Source of the DNA: Kofleriaceae bacterium
GTDB lineage: Bacteria > Myxococcota_A > Polyangia > Haliangiales > Haliangiaceae
DNA length: 64,000 nt
Direction: 5' to 3'
Assembly (NCBI GenBank): GCA_036490935.1
Contig: DASXCY010000002.1
Location: forward strand, 2,716 to 66,715
A program made the position numbers and the translations under genes. Of the stretch, positions 54,042-63,366 are shown piece by piece (position 1 is the first letter of the stretch; each line of letters begins with the position of its first letter). A model generated the notes under the pieces. It ran no database searches, had not been told where the DNA came from, and was given only the letters and a program-made list of their open reading frames with translations.

Positions 54042-55457
54042 TCAGTCTGAAAACGGATCGGCGATCACGGCGTCGTCCTTGTGCTTCGGTTTCTTGATCG
54101 GTGGAGGCGCAGGCGGCGTCGCGACGACGGATGGCTTCGCCGCAGGCGCCGGCGCCGGATCGGGCGCTGCCGGCGGTGGCGTCGGCGGTGCTGGCGGCGG
54201 GGGCGGCGGGGGCTCGTGCACGATCAGGTGCTCGGGCTCGCGCTTCGGTGATGCGGACGCGATCGGCGCGGGCGACGGCGTCAGCGCGTGCTCGGTCCGA
54301 TCGGCGGTGCTGGTGTGGCTCGCCGCGGCATACACGACGAGCGCGACCATTGTCGCCGCGGCCACTGCGATGCCCGCGATCCACCAGCCGCGGCGGCTCG
54401 GCCTGCGCCAGCTCGCCGATGGCTCGGCGTCGAGAAGCTCGTCGACCGGGGCTGGCTCGACGGCGGGGATCGCGACCGCGACCGGCTCGACGATAGCGAC
54501 CGGCGGCGGCGCGACCATCACCGGCGGCGGCGCGGCCATCACCGGCGGCGGCGGCGCGACCACCACCGGCGTCGGCGCGACCACGGGCGGCGCCGCGACG
54601 ATCGGCGGCGCGGCGAACGGCTGCGTGCCGACCGCGAGCAAGCGCTCCTCGAGCTCGGCCGCGCGAGGACGCGCCGAGACGCTCGGATCGAGGCACTGCG
54701 CGAGCACCCGATGTAACTCCGCCGGAATGCTCGTCGAGACCTTGTCGAGCATCGCCTGCGGCACGGCCGGCGCACGCCCGCGCAGCATCGCGACGGCGAG
54801 CCGGCCGAAGCCGAGCACGTCCGCTTCGCTGCCGCTTGCATCGTCGGCGCGGCCGAGCCCGTAGTCGCCGAGCTTCACGACGTCGCCGCGCCCGACCAGC
54901 ACGCTGCGCGCCGTGACCTCGCGATGGAGCACGCCGGCCATGTGCGCGTTGGCGAGCGAGCGCGCGACCTGCACGAGGATCGAGATCGTCCGCGCGACGG
55001 TCATCGCGCCCGACGTGCGCAACACGCGCTCGAGCGACTGCCCGGAGAACAGCTCCATCGCGATGAACGGCACGCCCAGCGCCTCGTCCTGACCGAACTC
55101 GTGGATCGCGATCGTGTTGTCGTGGACGAGCTGGCTCGCATTGCGTGCCTCGCGCAGGAACTTGCGCGTGGCCGCCGACGACGACGAGGTGTCGGCATCG
55201 CGGAGCAGCTTGATGGCGATCGGCTTGCCGGCACGATGACCTGCATAGACGAACGAGCGCTCGCCGGCACCGAGCAGCTCCTCGGCGACGTAGTGGGTCG
55301 CGACCACGAACCGGCCTTCGCGACCGATCGCGCCGTCGCGCGGACAGAACCCGAGCGACTCGAGCGGCGCCCGGCACGCCGGGCACGCGGTCGGATCGAA
55401 CGGCACGCCGAGCGTTGCGGGCGACCGATCGAGCAATGGTGTGGCGTATGGCGTCAT
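54042..55457 (-). CDS. Pseudokinase: Ser/Thr-kinase-like protein with degenerate catalytic motifs, N-terminal zinc-ribbon-like CxxC pairs, Pro-rich region and TM segment (471 aa)
   Basis: ATG 55457 shares a base with the upstream TAA (TAATG). CPACRAPLESLGFCPRDG. GAGERSFVY, IAIKLL and REARN are retained. HRDLKPxN is replaced by HREVTARS, DFG by DYG, and the activation loop/APE is missing. TM segment WWIAGIAVAAATMVALVVYAA. Tail PPPPPPPAPPTPPPAAP. Confidence 0.85.
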   Translation of the reverse strand: MTPYATPLLDRSPATLGVPFDPTACPACRAPLESLGFCPRDGAIGREGRFVVATHYVAEELLGAGERSFVYAGHRAGKPIAIKLLRDADTSSSSAATRKFLREARNASQLVHDNTIAIHEFGQDEALGVPFIAMELFSGQSLERVLRTSGAMTVARTISILVQVARSLANAHMAGVLHREVTARSVLVGRGDVVKLGDYGLGRADDASGSEADVLGFGRLAVAMLRGRAPAVPQAMLDKVSTSIPAELHRVLAQCLDPSVSARPRAAELEERLLAVGTQPFAAPPIVAAPPVVAPTPVVVAPPPPVMAAPPPVMVAPPPVAIVEPVAVAIPAVEPAPVDELLDAEPSASWRRPSRRGWWIAGIAVAAATMVALVVYAAASHTSTADRTEHALTPSPAPIASASPKREPEHLIVHEPPPPPPPAPPTPPPAAPDPAPAPAAKPSVVATPPAPPPIKKPKHKDDAVIADPFSD

Positions 55458-56374
55458 TAGGTGCCCCCGAAGATGCCGAAGCAGATGTTGTCGACGCACG
55501 GACCGCACGAGGCATCGCCGCAGTCGGCATCGCTGACACAGGAGGCCACCGAGCAGGTCGTACCGGAGCCCATCCCCACGCAGTCGCCGACGCCATCGTC
55601 GGTGTAGCCGGGGTCGCACGTGTACGTGCACTGATCGGTGCTGCAGAGCGCCGTGCCGTTTGCCGGCGCCTGACATGCGGTGTCGGTCGGCGGATACGAG
55701 CACGCGCCGCTACTGCACGTGCCGGCGCCGTACGTGCGGAGCGTCGTCGACGAGCTGCACGTGGGGTCCGGTGGCGCGTCGCACGCGATGGGCACCGACC
55801 AGTGCAGGCACGTGTCGGTCTGACTCGGCTGGCACGTGCGGACCGCGACGCCATCGCAGTCGGTCTCTCCGATCTGCGAGCAGTCGTTCGAGCATGCGGC
55901 CGCACAGGTGCCGTTCGAGCAGTACGGCTTCGCGGACGGACACGCCGCCGGCTGCGACCAGTCGTAGCAACCGTTCGACCGGAGCTCGCACGTGACCGTC
56001 GCTTCGCCGGAGCACACCGTCTCGCCTTGCGTGCACGAGGTCGCGCACGCGCTCGACGCCAGCGTGACGGTCACCTCGGTCGTCGCGTCCGACGTCGGCG
56101 TCACCATCGCGGCGCCGTACGCGACTTGCGTGCCGTGAGCCATCGCCGCGACGACGATCGTGGTCGGCTCGCCGATCGCGTCCGATGGCACCACGAGCTC
56201 GAACGACTTGCTCGGCGACAGCGAGTGCTCGAACTCGGCGAGCCGAACGTCGTAGTGGTCGGCGCCGAGCCCAGCTTGCGAGCTGACCTCGACGTGCACG
56301 GTCGTGTAGCTCGGATCGCTGCACGCGGAGAATAAAGCTAGAGCCAGCGCACCTGGCCACACACGGTTCATCAC
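55457..56374 (-). CDS. Cys-rich repeat lipoprotein (305 aa)
   Basis: MMNRVWPGALALALFSAC. The C-terminal 200 aa hold about 35 Cys in repeated units (CTQGETVCSGEATVTCELRSNGCYDWSQPAACPSAKPYCSNGTCAAAC; CSQIGETDCDGVAVRTCQPSQTDTCLHWSVPIAC..). Confidence 0.8.
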   Translation of the reverse strand: MMNRVWPGALALALFSACSDPSYTTVHVEVSSQAGLGADHYDVRLAEFEHSLSPSKSFELVVPSDAIGEPTTIVVAAMAHGTQVAYGAAMVTPTSDATTEVTVTLASSACATSCTQGETVCSGEATVTCELRSNGCYDWSQPAACPSAKPYCSNGTCAAACSNDCSQIGETDCDGVAVRTCQPSQTDTCLHWSVPIACDAPPDPTCSSSTTLRTYGAGTCSSGACSYPPTDTACQAPANGTALCSTDQCTYTCDPGYTDDGVGDCVGMGSGTTCSVASCVSDADCGDASCGPCVDNICFGIFGGT

Positions 56375-56417
56375 GTTCGTTGGAGCCAGACCGACATGAC
56401 CGGTCGCGTAATTTTCG

Positions 56418-57149
56418 ATGTTACACGGCGCGATCTGCGGAACCGCCCGAAGTCACGAGGTTTCGGGCTTGCCAATACGCGCGGCCGTCACCACGTTGGC
56501 GCGCGTGACGGCTCGTGCACCGCTCGCGCTCGCGGCCGTCCTGGGGATCGCGCTCGTGGTGTACTGGCTCACGCGCGGCGCGGGCGACACCAAGGCACCC
56601 CCTGCGGGGCGGCCCGAGCCGACCATGTCGCGTGGACGCTCCCCCTCCGGTGCCAGCTCGGCCCCGGCGACGCCGGACGCGCGGCCCCCGGCGCATCCGC
56701 TTCCGGCACGCGTCGCGGCCGAGCGAGCTGCCATGCTCGAGGCGATCGCGACGGCGCGGAGCCATCGCACCGCCGCACCGGCCCATGCGACCGCCGAGCC
56801 GGCCGGCAACCCCACCGCCACGACCCTCGACATCGTCGACAACACGGGCGACACCAGCGAGTGGGAGAAGCGAACGCTCGGCACGCTGAGCTCGCTGCTC
56901 GGCCAGTGCTACGACCTCGGTCGCGCCGACGATCCGACGCTCCAGGGCACCGTCATGCTTCGCTTCACGCTCGTGGGCGAGCCGAACGTCGGCGGCCTGC
57001 TCGAGCGCGCCGACATCATCGACGACAACACCTCGATCACGCAGCAGACGATCCGCGACTGCATCACCCAGCAGCTCTACGCGCTCGAGCTCGATCCGCC
57101 GCCAGACGGCGTCCGCGTCGAGCGCGAGCTCACTCTCAGGTTTCCGTGA
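56418..57149 (+). CDS. Membrane-anchored protein with AgmX/PglI-type (TonB-C-like) C-terminal domain (243 aa; start uncertain)
   Basis: TM segment APLALAAVLGIALVVYWL. Pro/Ala-rich linker. C-terminus CYDLGRADDPTLQGTVMLRFTLVGEPNVGGLLERADIIDDN..IRDCITQQLYALELDPPPDG. Confidence 0.7.
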   Translation: MLHGAICGTARSHEVSGLPIRAAVTTLARVTARAPLALAAVLGIALVVYWLTRGAGDTKAPPAGRPEPTMSRGRSPSGASSAPATPDARPPAHPLPARVAAERAAMLEAIATARSHRTAAPAHATAEPAGNPTATTLDIVDNTGDTSEWEKRTLGTLSSLLGQCYDLGRADDPTLQGTVMLRFTLVGEPNVGGLLERADIIDDNTSITQQTIRDCITQQLYALELDPPPDGVRVERELTLRFP

Positions 57150-57189
57150 TGCCGCGAGCATGCGGCGGATGTCGGCGTAAGATCCTGTC

Positions 57190-58053
57190 ATGGCCGGACT
57201 CGTGATCCTCGGATGCGGCTACGTCGGTTCGCGGCTTGCTCGTGCGGCGCTCGCGGCGGGACGTCAGGTCCGCGTCGGATCGCGCTCGACCGCGCGGTTG
57301 CAGCCGCTCGCCGCGCTCGGCGCGGAGGTGAAGTACTTCGATGCACGCGTGCCGAAGACATTCACCGGCGTGCTCGCGAGCATGCCCGGCGCGACGGTCG
57401 TGTATTCGATCCCGCCGGTGACATCGCTGCCGCCGCGGCACGCGATGCGCGCCGCGCTGCAAGCGGCGTATGGCGGCGGTGCGAGCTGCTTCATCTACTT
57501 CAGCTCGTGCGGGCTCTACGGTGACGCGCCCGACGACGACACGTGGATCGACGAGGACACGCCGGTCGCGCCCGATGCCGCGATGGAGGCCATCGCCGCC
57601 GACGAGGAAGAAATCCGCGCATGCGCGTTCGATCGCCTGCGCACGGTCACGCTCCGGCTGGCACCGATCTACGGTCCGGGCCGCGGGGTCCGAGAGCGCA
57701 TGCGCAAGGGCGACTACAAGATCCTCGACGACGGCCAGCACGTGACCTCGCGCATCCACGTCGATGACGTCGTGGGCGTCGTGGCCGCCGCCGAGGCGCA
57801 CGCGCAGCGCGGCGCGCTGTATCTGGTCGGCGACGACGAACCCACCACGCAAGGCGAGTACGCGCGCTGGCTCTCCGACCGGCTCGGCGTGGCGATGCTG
57901 CCATCGCGGCCGATCATCGAGCCCGGCCGCGCACGGGTCGCGCATCGCAACCGGCGCATTCGCAACGCGAAGCTCAAGCGCGAGCTGCAGCTCGCGCTGC
58001 GCTATCCGTCGTTTCGCGAAGGCGAGGCGGCGATCGAGGCCGAGATCGCGTAA
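57190..58053 (+). CDS. NAD-dependent epimerase/dehydratase-family (SDR) protein (287 aa)
   Basis: LVILGCGYVGSRLA Rossmann motif. SSCGLYG. LRLAPIYGPGRG. Confidence 0.85.
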   Translation: MAGLVILGCGYVGSRLARAALAAGRQVRVGSRSTARLQPLAALGAEVKYFDARVPKTFTGVLASMPGATVVYSIPPVTSLPPRHAMRAALQAAYGGGASCFIYFSSCGLYGDAPDDDTWIDEDTPVAPDAAMEAIAADEEEIRACAFDRLRTVTLRLAPIYGPGRGVRERMRKGDYKILDDGQHVTSRIHVDDVVGVVAAAEAHAQRGALYLVGDDEPTTQGEYARWLSDRLGVAMLPSRPIIEPGRARVAHRNRRIRNAKLKRELQLALRYPSFREGEAAIEAEIA

Positions 58054-58064
58054 GGTGCGCCGCC

Positions 58065-59450
58065 ATGGCCGACGACACCAACACCTCGCGCGCGGTCGTC
58101 GTCGCCGTGCAGACCCGCGGAGTTGATGACCGCGAGCTCGAATCGTCGATCGCCGAGCTCGAGCGACTCGCGAAGACGCTCGGGCTCTCGCCCATCGGCC
58201 GGATGACGCAGCGACGCGCGAAGCTGGCGCCGGGCGTGGTGCTCGGCGAAGGCAAATTGCGCGAGCTCGCCACCTGGACCGGCGGCCCGGGCGTGGTCGG
58301 TCCGTACCAGAAACCGGGGCAGGGCTCGGACGCTGATGATGACGACGACGCGGGCGACGCCGCCGCCGTGGCAACCACCGAGCTCGCGCCCGGCACGCCG
58401 AAGGCGACGGTCGTGCTCGTCGATCACGATCTGTCGCCGACGCAGCAGCGCAACCTGGAGAAGGCGACCGGGGTCGGCGTCCTCGATCGCACTTCGGTGA
58501 TCTTGGAGATCTTCCAGCGCCACGCGAAGACCCGCGAGGCAAGGCTGCAAGTCGAGATCGCGCGCCTGAAGTATCTCGCACCACGACTGCGCGAGGGCTC
58601 GGGTGGGGGCGATCGCGTGCGCGGCGGTGTCGGCGGCAAAGGTGCGGGCGAGACCTCGCTCGAGCTCGATCGCCGGCGGATCCGCGATCGGATCGCCGAG
58701 CTCAACCACGAGCTCGCACAGATCGAAGGCGACGCGGACATCCGGCGCAACCGGCGCAGCGATCTCCCGACGGTCGCGCTCGTCGGCTACACCAACGCGG
58801 GAAAGTCGTCGCTCATGCGAGCGCTGACGACGACGGACGTCTACATCGCCGACAAGCTGTTCGCCACACTCGACACCACCGTGCGACGGCTGCAGCCGCC
58901 GACCGAGCCGCCGATCCTCGTGACGGACACCGTCGGCTTCATCAAGAAGCTCCCCCACGATCTCGTCGCGTCGTTTCGCTCGACGCTCGACGAGGCGCGC
59001 GATGCCGATCTGCTACTCCACGTGATCGATGCGTCGGATCCGGCGCACGCCGACCAGCTCGCGGTCACCCACGAAGTGCTCGGCGAGCTGGGCGCTCGCG
59101 AGCTGCCAACCTGGCTCTTGCTCAACAAGATCGATCGCGTCGATGCGCCGGGGCGCGACGCGCTCGCGGAGCGCTATCCCGGTGCGCTGCAGCTCTCGGC
59201 CAAGGCTCCCGGCGATGTCGCGGCGCTGCGCGACAAGATGATCGAGCTGTTCGCCGGAGCGCTCGAAGAGGTCGAGCTCGACGTGCCGTGGGCCGCACAA
59301 CGCGTGATCCACTCGATGCACGAGCGCGCGACCGTGCTCGCCGAAGTGCACCACGACGCGGGCACCCGCGTTCGCCTGCGCGCGCCCGCCCGCATCGTCG
59401 CCGCGCTCCGCGTCTCGCTCGCGACGTTCGGCCAGACCGGGCAGCCTTGA
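58065..59450 (+). CDS. hflX: GTPase HflX (461 aa)
   Basis: HflX N-domain (DHDLSPTQQRNLEKATGVGVLDRTSVILEIFQRHAKTREARLQVEIARLKY). G1 GYTNAGKSSL, G2 TLDTT, G3 DTVGF, G4 NKID. Confidence 0.93.
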   Translation: MADDTNTSRAVVVAVQTRGVDDRELESSIAELERLAKTLGLSPIGRMTQRRAKLAPGVVLGEGKLRELATWTGGPGVVGPYQKPGQGSDADDDDDAGDAAAVATTELAPGTPKATVVLVDHDLSPTQQRNLEKATGVGVLDRTSVILEIFQRHAKTREARLQVEIARLKYLAPRLREGSGGGDRVRGGVGGKGAGETSLELDRRRIRDRIAELNHELAQIEGDADIRRNRRSDLPTVALVGYTNAGKSSLMRALTTTDVYIADKLFATLDTTVRRLQPPTEPPILVTDTVGFIKKLPHDLVASFRSTLDEARDADLLLHVIDASDPAHADQLAVTHEVLGELGARELPTWLLLNKIDRVDAPGRDALAERYPGALQLSAKAPGDVAALRDKMIELFAGALEEVELDVPWAAQRVIHSMHERATVLAEVHHDAGTRVRLRAPARIVAALRVSLATFGQTGQP

Positions 59451-59505
59451 GCGAGGCGAGTGATGCCGGCGAGCGTAGTCCCGCCCGCTGGCGTATGCTC
59501 TTCCG

Positions 59506-59958
59506 ATGCGGAAGCTCGTGGTCGTTGCGATTCTCGTCGGCGCGGCTCTGGCTGGTTGGCGTTACCAGCATCGAGCCGCGAGCCGTGCTCCGCGAAACCT
59601 CGCGCTGAATCGATTCTGGGTCGATCACCTTCCAACGACCGAACGCGACCCGTTCAACGTGTTCGTGGTCCACACACCCGAGGGTATCGGTGCGTTCGCA
59701 CAGGAGACGCAGTGGCGCGGCCAGATCGAGCGCTTCCGCTTCGACATCTCCGGCGACGTCATCCATGCCGTGTTTCCGTGGTCGAAGACCCGCGAGGACA
59801 TCACGGTGCACGCGCGACGCTGCGAAGAGCACGACATGGACTACTGCCTCGACGTCTCCGGTTCCACGCACGGCGTGACGCGCTACTACTCGCGCACGGG
59901 TTGGCAGCGCAAGGACGGCGAGGACATCGCCGAGTTTGTTTCGCGCATTGCAGAGTGA
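59506..59958 (+). CDS. Hypothetical membrane-anchored protein (150 aa)
   Basis: MRKLVVVAILVGAALAGW N-terminal anchor. Ordinary composition, high GC3. Confidence 0.7.
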   Translation: MRKLVVVAILVGAALAGWRYQHRAASRAPRNLALNRFWVDHLPTTERDPFNVFVVHTPEGIGAFAQETQWRGQIERFRFDISGDVIHAVFPWSKTREDITVHARRCEEHDMDYCLDVSGSTHGVTRYYSRTGWQRKDGEDIAEFVSRIAE

Positions 59959-60066
59959 CGACGAGGACGTGGAGCGCGCGGGGGGACGTCGACGAACCGC
60001 TGGCGCCTTCCGTAGCCACCCGCGCCGTGCGCGTCGCGAATTCAGGGGCCTGCGGCGGCATCTCGC

Positions 60067-62070
60067 GTGCAACAGGCGCGGCGCATGCGCCAGGGAGGCA
60101 ACACGAGTAGTCGGTGGCGGCGGGCCCGCAAGCTGGCGGTGATCGCCACGGTCCTTGCGGGCTGCACCGAAGCCGAGCCGACATCGGTCACGAACGTCGG
60201 TTCGCTCGATAACCCCGGCCTCATCCACGCCGCCGGCGGTCCGCTCGGACAGAAGGCCGACGGCACCGGGCAGGCCCGGCAACCGGCGCTGACCTACAAC
60301 GGCGGCCCGATGCTGCAAGCGCCGGAGCTCCACGCCGTGTTCTGGGGCACGGCGGTGGCGCCCGACACGCAGTCCGCGGTCACGTCGTGGTTCGGCGACC
60401 TCGCGCAGAGCACGGTCGTTCCGATGCTCGGGCAGTACGACACCGCGAGCCCGGCGCAGTTCATCACGCAAATGCACTTCGCGGGCGCGATCATGGATGT
60501 CGACGCGCCTGTTCAAACCACGATCAGCGACCAGGACATCCAGGTCGAGTTGACGCGGATGATCGATGCCGGCACCGCGCCGGCGAACGACGGCAACCAG
60601 CTCTACGTCATGTACATGCCGCCCGGCGCGACGGTCACGACTCCGTTCGGTAACTCGTGCGTCGCGTTCTGCGGCTATCACGGCTCGTTCTATCGCAACG
60701 GCACGAACGCGTTCTACGCGGTCATTCCGGACATGACGGTCGATCCATGCAAGTCGGCGTGCGCGTACGATCCGACCCCGCTCAACGACGTTTACATGGC
60801 GTCGTCTCACGAGGTCACCGAGGCGACGACCGACGCCGCGGTCGGCGCGATCAGCACGGGAGGACCCAGTTACGCGTGGATCGATCCGCTCACCGGCAAC
60901 GAGATCGGTGACATCTGCGCGGGCCTCTCGTTCACGACCGCCGCAGGCCTGATGGAGCAACAGGAGTGGTCGAACGCGGCGCAAGGCTGCGTCGGCGCGT
61001 CGCCGGCGTCGCAATCCGCGATCAGCGTGGCACCGGGCCAGGTGACGGCGCCCGCGTCGGGCACGGTCACGCTGCAGCTCACGGCGACCGGCACGGCCGC
61101 GCAATCGCTCGGGACGTTCTCGCTGCCAGCCGGCGTGACGGCCGCGATCGATCCGACGCAGATCAGCGGCGGCCAGACTGCGACGATCACGCTCACCTCG
61201 GCGTCGACCGTCGCGTCGCAGGGCGAGATCGGAGTCTATTCGGTCGATGCGAACAGCACGATCCATCTCTCGTACGTCCAGCTGACCGTGCAAGGCCCGG
61301 CGCCCACGCTGACTGGCGTCGCGGCTGCGAGCGGACCGGCGGCCGGAGCCCAGTCGGTCACGGTGACCGGAACGAACCTCGCCGCGATTCGTTCGGTCAC
61401 GTTCGGAGGAGTCGCGGCCTCTGCGATCGCCCCGAGCGCCGACGGCATGTCGGTGACGGTCACGACGCCGGGCCACGCGGCCGGCGTGGTCCTGGTGCAG
61501 GCCGTCTCGGCGGACGGTCAGACGGCGAGCCTCGGGAACGCGTACACGTACGAGGCGTCGCCGGCGCCGACTCTCGCCGCCGCGTCGGCCACGATCGGCC
61601 CGAGCCGCGGTGGCCGCACGATCGCGCTGACCGGCACCGGCTTCGGCTCGGCGACGGTCACGTTCGGCGGTGTCGCGGCGGCGATCACGGCCGCGACCGC
61701 GACCGAGCTCGACGTGATCGAGCCGGCGCATCCCGCAGGTGCCGCCGACATCGTCGTCACCAACGGCGACGGCCAGTCCGCGACGCTGGCGGCCGGGTAC
61801 ACGTTCGCCGATCTCGCGCCGCCCGTGCTCGAGCGCTTGACGACCGCGACCGGACCCGCGGCCGGAGGCCAGTACATCACGATCGAGCTCGGCGACGTCG
61901 TCGGCGTCACGCCGACCGTCCAGTTCGGCGGCGTGGCCGCGACCGTGGTCTCGACGGGCCCGACCTTCATCTCCGTGAAGACGCCCGCCCACGACGCAGG
62001 CGCCGTCGACGTCTCGGTCACCGACAGCGGCCAGACCGCGACGCTGCCGGGCGCGTTTACGTTCCAGTGA
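60067..62070 (+). CDS. Lipoprotein with a ~280-aa N-terminal domain and four IPT/TIG-like repeats (667 aa)
   Basis: ..RKLAVIATVLAGC lipobox. Repeats such as PTLTGVAAASGPAAGAQSVTVTGTNLAAIRSVTFGGVAA..VTVTTPGHAAGVV.. occur four times, ending ..VDVSVTDSGQTATLPGAFTFQ. Confidence 0.85.
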   Translation: MQQARRMRQGGNTSSRWRRARKLAVIATVLAGCTEAEPTSVTNVGSLDNPGLIHAAGGPLGQKADGTGQARQPALTYNGGPMLQAPELHAVFWGTAVAPDTQSAVTSWFGDLAQSTVVPMLGQYDTASPAQFITQMHFAGAIMDVDAPVQTTISDQDIQVELTRMIDAGTAPANDGNQLYVMYMPPGATVTTPFGNSCVAFCGYHGSFYRNGTNAFYAVIPDMTVDPCKSACAYDPTPLNDVYMASSHEVTEATTDAAVGAISTGGPSYAWIDPLTGNEIGDICAGLSFTTAAGLMEQQEWSNAAQGCVGASPASQSAISVAPGQVTAPASGTVTLQLTATGTAAQSLGTFSLPAGVTAAIDPTQISGGQTATITLTSASTVASQGEIGVYSVDANSTIHLSYVQLTVQGPAPTLTGVAAASGPAAGAQSVTVTGTNLAAIRSVTFGGVAASAIAPSADGMSVTVTTPGHAAGVVLVQAVSADGQTASLGNAYTYEASPAPTLAAASATIGPSRGGRTIALTGTGFGSATVTFGGVAAAITAATATELDVIEPAHPAGAADIVVTNGDGQSATLAAGYTFADLAPPVLERLTTATGPAAGGQYITIELGDVVGVTPTVQFGGVAATVVSTGPTFISVKTPAHDAGAVDVSVTDSGQTATLPGAFTFQ

Positions 62071-62121
62071 TCTTCCGGACGCCACGACGAAGTTGGCGCA
62101 CGTCGCGGTTCAGACGTATGT

Positions 62122-62445
62122 TTGATATTCGTGGACGATCTGGCGCTCGTACGTGTGCTCAAGGCACTTGCCGATCAGCGCCGGTTTTGCATGGTGCAGG
62201 AGATCGCCGCGGTCGGGGAGCTATCGTGTGGCCAGGTCGCGGAGCGCTTCGACGTCTCGCAACCCACGATCTCGCATCATCTGAAGATCCTCACCGAGGC
62301 GAAGATCCTGATCGTGCGCCGCGAGGGCCAGCGTGGATTCATCTCGGTCAACCGCGAGCTGGTGGACCAGGCGATCGCATTGCTGCCGCGACGCTTGAGC
62401 TCCAAGCGGCGTGCCGTCTCGAAACGACGACGTCGCGCGCGCTGA
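62122..62445 (+). CDS. ArsR/SmtB-family transcriptional regulator (107 aa; start TTG 62122 or GTG 62131)
   Basis: VLKALADQRRFCMVQEIAAVGELSCGQVAERFDVSQPTISHHLKILTEAKILIVRREGQ is the winged-helix signature. Confidence 0.85.
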   Translation: MIFVDDLALVRVLKALADQRRFCMVQEIAAVGELSCGQVAERFDVSQPTISHHLKILTEAKILIVRREGQRGFISVNRELVDQAIALLPRRLSSKRRAVSKRRRRAR

Positions 62446-63303
62446 TCACCGCTGAAGCGCGCGATGGATCCTGACCAGCCGTTGCAGCGCGGCCCAGTTG
62501 CCGATGCCGCCGACGATGCCGAGTGACACCAAGAACGCCGTCGTGGTGGGTAGCGCTGGCCACTTCGCATGGATCACCGGGCCGAGCACCGGCGTCAATC
62601 CGGCCCCCAGGACCAAGAAGGTCGCGCGCTCGTGCCGGCGCATCAGCCCACGCGGTGTCGAGACCTGCGCCGCTTCCGCCTTTGCACTCGCGTAGCTGAT
62701 CATGAAGCTGGCCAACAGCGCGCCGAGTGCAAGGGCAAGCTGCATGGCCGAACCCCGCGCGAACAAGATGAAGCCGGCGATGAACGCGAACTCGGTGTAT
62801 CGGTCGACCGCCGCGTCGAGCAACTCGCCCGCGTTCGACCCCGTGTTCGTGAGGCGCGCGACCTGTCCATCTAGGATGTCGCTGATCGTCGAACACGTCG
62901 CGAGCAGACAAGCGAGCCCGAACCGACCACACGCGAGCGCAGCTCCCGCACCGAGGCCCAACACCAGCGCCGCATACGTCACGCCGTCGGGCGTTGCGCC
63001 GAGTCTAACCAGCGCCTTCACGACCGGCTCGATGGCCCAGTACGTGGCCTGCATGATGTTCTCGCCGACCATCACCGTTCCCCCGACCCCCACCACACGC
63101 TCGCTGCGAAAGCCGCCGTACCTGGCGACGCGGATCGCGTACGCGCCGAGCAGCACGACCCAGAGGCCGCCGGTGAGCCACGAGAAATCGCGATCCGTCA
63201 TCAGTTGCGAGCTGGATGAAGAGGGTCGAGCACGCTGAGACACGCGGTTGACTTCATCGACACTTCGAAATACGTCTATCATATCGCTCGCGGCCAGCGC
63301 CAT
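62446..63303 (-). CDS. CDP-alcohol phosphatidyltransferase family protein (285 aa; alternative start ATG 63201)
   Basis: Signature D-x2-DG-x2-AR-x8-G-x3-D-x3-D present as SDILDGQVARLTNTGSNAGELLDAAVDR. Multiple TM segments. Confidence 0.85.
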   Translation of the reverse strand: MALAASDMIDVFRSVDEVNRVSQRARPSSSSSQLMTDRDFSWLTGGLWVVLLGAYAIRVARYGGFRSERVVGVGGTVMVGENIMQATYWAIEPVVKALVRLGATPDGVTYAALVLGLGAGAALACGRFGLACLLATCSTISDILDGQVARLTNTGSNAGELLDAAVDRYTEFAFIAGFILFARGSAMQLALALGALLASFMISYASAKAEAAQVSTPRGLMRRHERATFLVLGAGLTPVLGPVIHAKWPALPTTTAFLVSLGIVGGIGNWAALQRLVRIHRALQR

Positions 63304-63366
63304 GCTCGGTCAGCACGTGATCGACCCATTCGTGCGTCCGCCCGGCGACCGGATGGATCGACCGGG

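Noticed and set aside
53242-55905. 887-aa minus-strand ORF spanning the TPR-TM gene, pseudokinase and Cys-rich gene
   Set aside because: Only its last 262 codons are protein-like. The rest overlaps the pseudokinase and Cys-rich lipoprotein genes in other frames and is Arg/Ala-rich.
62440-62450. TGATCA palindrome at the junction of the convergent ArsR and CDP-alcohol phosphatidyltransferase genes
   Set aside because: It is simply two abutting stop codons (TGA on each strand). There is no extended stem or terminator structure.
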